This document shows, piece by piece, positions 1 through 5,160 of a stretch of DNA of 5,160 bases (the stretch's first letter is position 1; each line of letters opens with the position of its first letter). The position numbers were made by a program, and so were the translations under genes. The notes under the pieces are model-generated. The model was given only the letters and a program-made list of their open reading frames with translations, was not told the DNA's origin and made no database searches. Source of the stretch: Octopus sinensis (taxonomy: Eukaryota); contig NW_021830193.1 of NCBI RefSeq assembly GCF_006345805.1, positions 1 to 5,160 of the forward strand. The letters are read 5' to 3'.

Positions 1-487
1 GAGGAAGAGGAGAAAGGAGGAGTAGCAGGAGAAGGAGAAGGAAATGGAGAACGATGAAGAGGAGGAAAAGGAAAGAGAGAAGGATGATGATGATGATGAT
101 GATAATGATGTTGATGATGATGATGAGGAGGAGAGTGAACAGGAGGAAGAGGAGAAAGTGGATGAAGAGAAAGGAGGATGAGTAGGAGGAGAAGGAGGAG
201 TATGATGAAGGGGAGGATAAAGAGAAAGGAGGAGTAGCATGAGAAGGAAGAGAAGGAAATGGAGAACAACGACGATGATGATGATGATGGTGATGATGAT
301 GATGATGATGATAATGACGGCGACGACGATGATGATGATGATAATGATAAAGAGGAGGTAGAGGAGGAGGATGACGAGGAAGTAGAGGAGAAAGGAGGAT
401 GAGAAGGATGCTGATGAGGGGGATGAGTAGGAGGAGAAGGATGAGTAGAAGGAAAGGGGGAAGGAGGAGAAGACGGGGAGTAGGAGT
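1..487 (+). repeat. Purine-rich low-complexity tract of mixed (GAG/GAA/GAT/GAC)n triplets
   Basis: The + strand is almost entirely G/A, with (GAT)n runs at about 83-125 and 271-348. A diverged internal repeat GAGAAAGGAGGAGTAGCA..GAGAAGGAAATGGAGAAC occurs at about 10-52 and 222-267. In-frame stops are frequent. Confidence 0.9.
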
Positions 488-503
488 AAATAACTGACCA
501 GTT

Positions 504-710
504 GGACGTAGCTGGTCAGTTGTCAGAAGCGTTACCGTGGTTTAGTGGCATTTCGCCCATCTTTATGTTCTGAGTTCAAATCCCGCCGAGGTCGACTTTA
601 ACTTTTTCCTTTCGGGGTCGATAAAATAAGTACCAGTTCAACACTGGGGTCGATGTAATCGACTAGACACCTTCCCCCACAGATTGCTGGCCTTGAGCCA
701 AAATTTGAAA
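504..710 (+). mobile_element. tRNA-derived SINE copy S1 (tail type A), with a rearranged 5' head
   Basis: B-box-like GAGTTCAAATCCC at 572-584. Shared core CCGCCGAGGTCGACTTT..CCTTTCGGGGTCGATAAAATAAGTACCAGTT..CTGGGGTCGATGTAATCGACT, as in the other five copies. Ends in TGGCCTTGAGCCAAAATTTGAAA. Confidence 0.9.
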
Positions 711-860
711 TCGTTACTAATACAGTTTTGCCAGCATGAAATAACGGCAGGAAATAAGGCAAACGCACAATAATTAAAATTTTAAAGAAGGTTGTTGAGT
801 AAGACCGGAACGATGCGGGAAGGTACAAAGTCAAGTACAAAAGGAAATGGAAACGAAACA

Positions 861-1518
861 AGTTAGTTAGTTAGTTAGTTAATTTGGCTCAAAAGCAAAT
901 AGCAAGGCCATGTAGGGGGACATGGAGTTAAGTACAGGGTGGTGTTCATGTAAAGAGTTCAGGCCACTTGAGGTCCAGGGAGGCTTTGAACAAAGCGGTC
1001 GTCGGCATCTTCACCATCTCGTCTGGCAGCTTGTTCCACGGATCCGCAACCCGGACGGAGAAAGCTCCTCTCCTTCGATTGAGATGAAATCGTCGCAGGT
1101 AGAGCTTCTCTGAATGACCCCGCAGCCGACGCTCTGGAGCAGGAGTGAAGAACAGCTCTTTCGAGAGGTTACACTTTCCGCTTATGATGTGGGCGAGAAT
1201 GAGATCACCACGGCGGCGGCGTTTTTCTAAAGAATAAAGGTCGAGCGTCCTCAGCCTTTCTTCATAGGACAAATTTTTGAGACCATGAACCATGCGGGTA
1301 GCCAGCTTCGACTCTTTCGAGTGCTGTATGTCTTTGAGGAGATAAGGAGAAGAGGCTTGAATCCCATACTCCAATATGGGTCTCACCAGCGTGACATAGA
1401 GTGGTAGGAATATGGCTGCTGTGAGCATTCCGAATGAGCGTCGAATCAAGAACAGAATTCCGCGTGCTTTGTTGGCAGCATGGACGCACTGGGCCGAAGG
1501 CGAAAAGGAGGAATCCAC
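861..1518 (-). mobile_element. 5'-truncated CR1-type LINE (non-LTR retrotransposon): ORF2 C-terminus, ~65-nt 3' UTR and (AACT)5 tail
   Basis: The translation carries motifs typical of the post-RT C-terminus of CR1-clade ORF2: AANKARGILFLIRRSF, LYVTLVRPILEYG..SPY, LSYEERLRTLDLYSLEKRRRRGDLI, LRGHSEKL, FSVRVADPWNKLP, FKASLD. Stop at 946-948, short UTR, then (AGTT)5 on the + strand at 861-880. The 5' boundary is uncertain (about 1518-1537). Confidence 0.92.
946..1518 (-). pseudogene. Fragment of the LINE ORF2 reverse-transcriptase protein (C-terminal ~190 aa; RT catalytic core and endonuclease absent)
   Basis: The ORF track start is GTG, an internal Val at the truncation point rather than a real initiator. 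Small indels relative to the expected CR1 motif (see findings). Confidence 0.85.
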
Positions 1519-1642
1519 CTCTTTTGGAATCCAAGTTGTTGTTTTGCTTTGTATTTCTATATTTCGGGGTTAAAATCCCTTCTTCAGGACATTTGGAAAA
1601 AGCGGTAGTTGGGTAACAGGTATCACTCTGGTTAATATCATA

Positions 1643-1786
1643 TTTTAAATTCCAGCCGTGTGAACTTTGACTTTCACCTTTCCGGGGATCGATTAAAGTA
1701 AAAGCAACAGTCAAGTACTGGGGGGTGATGTAATCGAGTAACCCCCGCCTTGTAGAATTACTGGCCTTGTGCAAAAAAAAATCAAA
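1643..1786 (+). mobile_element. Decayed, 5'-truncated SINE copy S2 (tail type A)
   Basis: TTTTAAATTCCAGCCGTGTGAACTTTGACTTTCACCTTTCCGGGGATCGAT..CAGTCAAGTACTGGGGGGTGATGTAATCGAGT..CTGGCCTTGTGCAAAA is collinear with the S1/S3 core and tail but has many substitutions. Confidence 0.75.
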
Positions 1787-1790
1787 TGCC

Positions 1791-1890
1791 TTTGTTGTTG
1801 TTATTCTTCTTCTTTCTACTACTACTACTACTACTACTACCACCATCACCGCCACTGCCGCTGCCGCTCCCCACCAATACTACTACTACC

Positions 1891-1946
<56 letters not shown>
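1791..1946 (+). repeat. Compound trinucleotide microsatellite (TTG/TTC/CTA/CCA), ending in a pure (TAC)n run
   Basis: Read directly from the sequence. It generates the poly-T/Y/L ORFs at 1767-2080. Confidence 0.95.
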
Positions 1947-1949
1947 AAA

Positions 1950-2160
1950 GGCGGCGCGCTGGCAGAATCATTAGCACGCCGAGGAAAACGTTTAGCAGTA
2001 TTTTGCATGTCTTTATGTGCAGAGTTCAAATTCCGCCGAGGTCGACTTTGCCTTTCACCATTTCGAAAACGATAAAATAAGTACCAGTTGAGTACTGAGA
2101 TCGATGTAGTCGACTCATCCCCCACCTCCCCCAGACTGTCCTTGTGGCAAAAATTTGTAA
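1950..2160 (+). mobile_element. Full-length SINE copy S3 (tail type A) followed by a (TAA)n tail
   Basis: Head GGCGGCGCGCTGGCAGAATCATTAGCACGCC with an A-box-like TGGCAGAATCA, B-box-like GAGTTCAAATTCC at 2022-2034, the shared core, a pyrimidine tract, then CTTGTGGCAAAAATTTG and (TAA)n to about 2170. Confidence 0.92.
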
Positions 2161-2173
2161 TAATAATAATTAT

Positions 2174-2337
2174 TATTTCTTTACTACCCACAAGGGGCTA
2201 AACACAAAGGAGACAAACAAGGACAGGCATCGACCCCAGTGCGTAACTGGTACTTAATTTATCGACCCCGAAAGGATGAAAGGCAAAGTCGACCTCGGCG
2301 GAATTTGAACTCAGAACGTAACGGCAGACGAAATACC
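2174..2337 (-). mobile_element. SINE body copy S4 (tail type B), headless, with a 20-nt internal deletion
   Basis: The reverse complement starts GGTATTTCGTCTGCCGTTACGTTCTGAGTTCAAATTCC and ends GCCCCTTGTGGGTAGTAAAGAAATA. It directly abuts S5. Confidence 0.92.
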
Positions 2338-2545
2338 TATTTCTTTATTACCCACAAGGGGCTAAACACAGAGGGGACAAACAAGGACAGACATAGGTAT
2401 TAAGTCGATTACATCGACCCCAGTGCGTAACTGGTACTTAATTTATCGATCCCGAAAGGATGAAAGGCAAAGTCGACCTCGGCGGAATTTGAACTCAGAA
2501 CGTAACGGCAGACGAAATACGGCTACGCATTTCGCCCGGCGCGCC
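2338..2545 (-). mobile_element. SINE copy S5 (tail type B), lacking the extreme 5' head and A box
   Basis: Collinear with S6 from GCCGGGCGAAATG to GGGTAATAAAGAAATA. About 6 substitutions versus S4 over 164 aligned nt. Confidence 0.92.
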
Positions 2546-2590
2546 AATAATAATAATAATAAAAATAATAATAATATTAATAATAATAAT

Positions 2591-2629
<39 letters not shown>

Positions 2630-2720
2630 TATTATTATTATTATTATTATTGTTGTTGTTGTTGTTATCACTATTATCGTCGTCGTCGTCGTCGTTTTTT
2701 GTTGTTGCAATTACTATTAT
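2546..2720 (+). repeat. Compound microsatellite (AAT)n-(ATT)n-(TTG)n-(TCG)n
   Basis: Read directly. The (AAT)n run flips to (ATT)n near 2628. It generates the poly-N/poly-I ORFs. Confidence 0.95.
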
Positions 2721-2744
2721 CTTGCCTGTTAGCTTTGTCTATTT

Positions 2745-2880
2745 AGTCTCGAGCTAATAGGTCGTCTGCGTCAATCATATTTTATTGCGTAGACCCACTT
2801 GTTAAACATGGCGGGACAGTTCGTCTGCGCAATCAGCCGACCGATGAAACGGAGACTGCACAGCAGGCCTTTTAACCGTC
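2745..2880 (+). promoter_or_regulatory. Candidate CpG-rich regulatory patch (YY1-like AACATGGCGG and three GTCTRCG(T)CAAT motifs)
   Basis: 11 CpGs in 2741-2880 within otherwise AT-rich DNA. AACATGGCGG at 2805-2814. Repeated motif at 2764-2775 (+), 2784-2794 (-) and 2823-2833 (+). Function is inferred only. Confidence 0.3.
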
Positions 2881-3096
2881 TTCAACACACACATACACAC
2901 ACACTCACGTATATGTATGTATACTTTACACGCACACACAACAAACTCGTGTGATTTTTTTCTTCTGTGAAATTATATTGCGTTTGCTTTTGTAACGCGA
3001 TGTTTTGTTTTCCTTTATTGAAGCTCTTGTGAAAATGAAATTGAAAGCACGACACAATGCTTCTAAGTTTTTTCCTATCATCCTCTTAGCTAAGCG

Positions 3097-3098
<2 letters not shown>

Positions 3099-3184
<86 letters not shown>

Positions 3185-3240
3185 CATACATACATACATA
3201 CATCATACATATATATTATATATATTATATATATATTATA
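3099..3240 (+). repeat. (TA)n followed by (CATA)n microsatellite
   Basis: Read directly: (TA)n at about 3099-3180, (CATA)n at about 3181-3210, then interrupted TA. Confidence 0.95.
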
Positions 3241-3512
3241 TGTATGTGGATAATATACATTATATACAGTATAAAATAATATAATATAGTATATAATATG
3301 CAAGTGTGTATATGTGTGTATATATATAAATATATACACACATATGTATACACGCACACACATGTATATTTATAAATGTCTATATATATTACTAAATGAA
3401 TGTCTCTCTACACATATATGTATACGCGACTATATAACTACACACACACAGGCACACACCACACACACACATATACATATAACTACATATATATTTATAA
3501 ATATCTATATCT

Positions 3513-3550
<38 letters not shown>

Positions 3551-3590
3551 GATCGATCTATCTATATATTATATTATACATATATATATA

Positions 3591-3644
<54 letters not shown>

Positions 3645-3999
3645 GGATAATATACATTATATACAGTATAAAATAATATAATATAGTATATAATATGCAA
3701 GTGTGTATATGTGTGTATATATATAAATATATACACACATATGTATACACGCCACACATGTATATATAAATGTCTATATATATTACTAAATGAATGTCTC
3801 TCTACACATATATGTATACGCGACTATATAACTACACCACACACAGGCACACACACACACACACACATATACATATAACTACATATATATTTATAAATAT
3901 CTATATCTATCTATCTATATATCTATCTATCTATCTATATCTATCTATCTATCGATCTATCTATATATATTATTATACATATATATATATATATATATT
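3241..3999 (+). repeat. Two-copy tandem duplication, period about 397 bp, of microsatellite-rich DNA
   Basis: TGTATGTGGATAATATACATTATATACAG starts at 3241 and at 3638. Internal landmarks (GCAAGTGTG, AATGAATGTCTCTCTAC, ACGCGACT, CAGGCAC, (TCTA)n, ATCGATC) recur in the same order. Differences are nearly all short indels in repeat runs. Confidence 0.93.
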
Positions 4000-4040
4000 A
4001 AATATATTATTATATAATATATATATATAATATGTATATA

Positions 4041-4234
4041 CAGAGTTGGCCAAAGAAAATCCGGTGTAATAAAAATTCCACAAATACTTATATTCAATTT
4101 TTTTATTTATTCCAATTAGGAATGTTTAATAATTTGTCCATCTATTAGCGAAGTCACACACAAAGTAATTTTTTGTTTTAATCTTGGAATTAAATGGTTT
4201 TGATTTACTGTCACGTGACTTTTGGCCACCCCTA
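4041..4234. mobile_element. Probable non-autonomous Tc1/mariner-type DNA element (MITE-like, 194 bp) with degenerate TIRs and TA flanks
   Basis: Left end TA|CAGAGTTGGCCAAA. Right end, reverse-complemented, TA|TAGGGGTGGCCAAA. 11 of 14 terminal positions match, including an exact TGGCCAAA. CAG-type ends with TA target sites are typical of Tc1/mariner. The interior is AT-rich with no ORF. Confidence 0.55.
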
Positions 4235-4487
4235 TATATACATACACACACACATTATATATGAGAGGTAGAAAGAGATAAAAATATACATGACCGGTTT
4301 GTAGGGTTACACATATACTGCTCTTGGTGGTCCAAATCGGAGGTGCAATATATGTGGGTGTCTTTTCAAAACATTGGTTTAAAAAGCCACACCAGACACC
4401 ATGATGGTTCTAAGATGTAGATAAGTGAGGTGGTCAAACTCTGCATAAGGAATAGACAACCACCACCTTATATATATATATATATAA

Positions 4488-4711
4488 GGCGGCGAGCTGG
4501 CAGAAACGTTAGCATGCCGGGCGAAATGCTTAGCGGTATTTTGTCTGCCGCTACGTTCTGAGTTCAAATTCCGCCGAGGTCGACTTTGCCTTTCATCCTT
4601 TCGGGGTCGATAAATTAAGTACCAGTTCACTGGGGTCGATGTAATCGACTTAATCCGTTTGTCTCTGTCCTTATTTGTCCCGTCTGTGTTTAGCCCCTTG
4701 TGGGTAGTAAA

Positions 4712-4716
<5 letters not shown>
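4488..4716 (+). mobile_element. Full-length tRNA-derived SINE copy S6 (tail type B) inserted in a (TA)n tract
   Basis: Head GGCGGCGAGCTGGCAGAAACGTTAGC with A-box-like TGGCAGAAACG (4498-4508) and B-box-like GAGTTCAAATTCC (4560-4572), full core, tail ...TTTAGCCCCTTGTGGGTAGTAAAGAATA. (TA)n lies on both sides (4469-4487 and 4714-4783). From memory it resembles abundant octopus SINEs; the exact family name is not verified. Confidence 0.93.

Positions 4717-4783
<67 letters not shown>
4714..4783 (+). repeat. (TA)n microsatellite
   Basis: Read directly. Confidence 0.95.
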
Positions 4784-4940
4784 GAGAAAGATAACAGTAT
4801 ACAGAAGATTCAAGGTGGCAGGTAAGGCTATGTAAGTACTATGGAAGAACTGCAGTTAAACTCTCGGTTCGACAATGAACATATACATACTTCACACACT
4901 CTCTCTCACTCACACAGGCACACCTACTCGCGCGCGCACA

Positions 4941-5160
4941 CCATTGTTTTGGGATCACCAATACTTTATTATCTCCCTTTCGTTCTACCTCTCCCGTCAA
5001 ACCCCAACTAGTCGCCAAGCTTGATCGCTAAATCTGTTTATTTTTTCATATTCCTTTCTGTCGAAGAGCGTAGGCTCGAAACGTAAAAGACTTCCTCACT
5101 TTCCCAAGCATCAAACCAATACACCCGCTTGTTGTTTATACTCCTGTCTTCGTCTTTTAA
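4941..5160 (+). mobile_element. Possible terminal (pseudo-LTR-like) segment of a Penelope-like retroelement, running off the window end
   Basis: Pyrimidine-rich non-coding segment containing a minimal hammerhead-like motif of the type known from PLE termini. No RT or GIY-YIG coding sequence is visible in the window, so the assignment is an inference. Confidence 0.45.
5054..5089 (+). ncRNA. Minimal type-I hammerhead-ribozyme-like motif (A6->U variant, palindromic helix III)
   Basis: CTTT | CTGTCGA | A | GAGC-GTAG-GCTC | GAA | ACGT | A | AAAG. Helix I is CTTT(5054-57)/AAAG(5086-89). Core CUGuCGA at 5058-64. Helix II is 4 bp with a tetraloop. GAAA at 5078-81, palindrome ACGT at 5081-84, NUH triplet GUA at 5083-85. 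Confidence 0.55.

Noticed and set aside
411-418. CTGATGAG hammerhead core word
   Set aside because: It lies in GA-rich low-complexity DNA with no helix II, no correctly placed GAAA and no pairing partners.
1-487. Possible acidic poly-Glu/Asp coding exon
   Set aside because: Frequent TGA/TAG stops and frame drift, with no ORF in the track. It behaves as a simple-repeat tract.
1262-1855. 197-aa minus-strand ORF
   Set aside because: It starts in a microsatellite, crosses a decayed SINE and overlaps the LINE ORF in another frame. No recognisable domain.
2174-2545. CRISPR-like or regularly spaced repeat array
   Set aside because: The repeats are 160-200-nt SINE bodies without unique spacers, in a eukaryotic context with no cas genes.
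1767-4030. Many 60-120 aa ORFs rich in Y, I, T, L, N or H
   Set aside because: They are direct translations of (TA)n, (TAC)n, (AAT)n and (TCTA)n microsatellites or SINE sequence, with no protein-like complexity.
4240-4468. About 230 bp of unique sequence between the putative MITE and S6
   Set aside because: No recognisable motif, repeat structure or protein similarity by eye.
4488-4580. tRNA gene (A and B boxes present)
   Set aside because: No convincing cloverleaf, and the boxes continue into a body and tail repeated six times in the window, so this is a SINE head.
4379-4813. 144-aa minus-strand ORF
   Set aside because: It consists of (TA)n and the antisense of SINE S6. The same RPRKDERQSRPRRNLNS-like peptide appears wherever the SINE is read antisense.
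4819-4837. Two splice-donor-like motifs, CAG|GTAAGG and GTAAGT
   Set aside because: No convincing upstream polypyrimidine tract or acceptor (only (TA)n) and no recognisable exon peptide. It cannot be supported without RNA data.
4929-4937. (CG)4 run, potential Z-DNA
   Set aside because: Too short, and it is part of a CA/CG microsatellite transition.

Overview
Non-coding, repeat-dense, AT-rich animal genomic DNA. From my recollection of the SINE family it is most likely an octopus or other coleoid cephalopod (inference, not database-checked). No host protein-coding gene is supported. Contents: six copies of one tRNA-derived SINE family with two alternative 3' tails, a 5'-truncated CR1-type LINE (C-terminal ORF2, short 3' UTR and (AACT)n tail, minus strand), a probable ~194-bp Tc1/mariner-type non-autonomous element, a ~397-bp tandem duplication of microsatellite-rich DNA, many simple repeats, and one short CpG-rich unique patch that may be regulatory. 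The most interesting signal is at 5054-5089: a near-complete minimal type-I hammerhead-ribozyme fold with a palindromic helix III and an A6->U core variant. That architecture is known from Penelope-like retroelement termini. Apart from 946..1518, the listed ORFs are by-products of microsatellites and SINEs.
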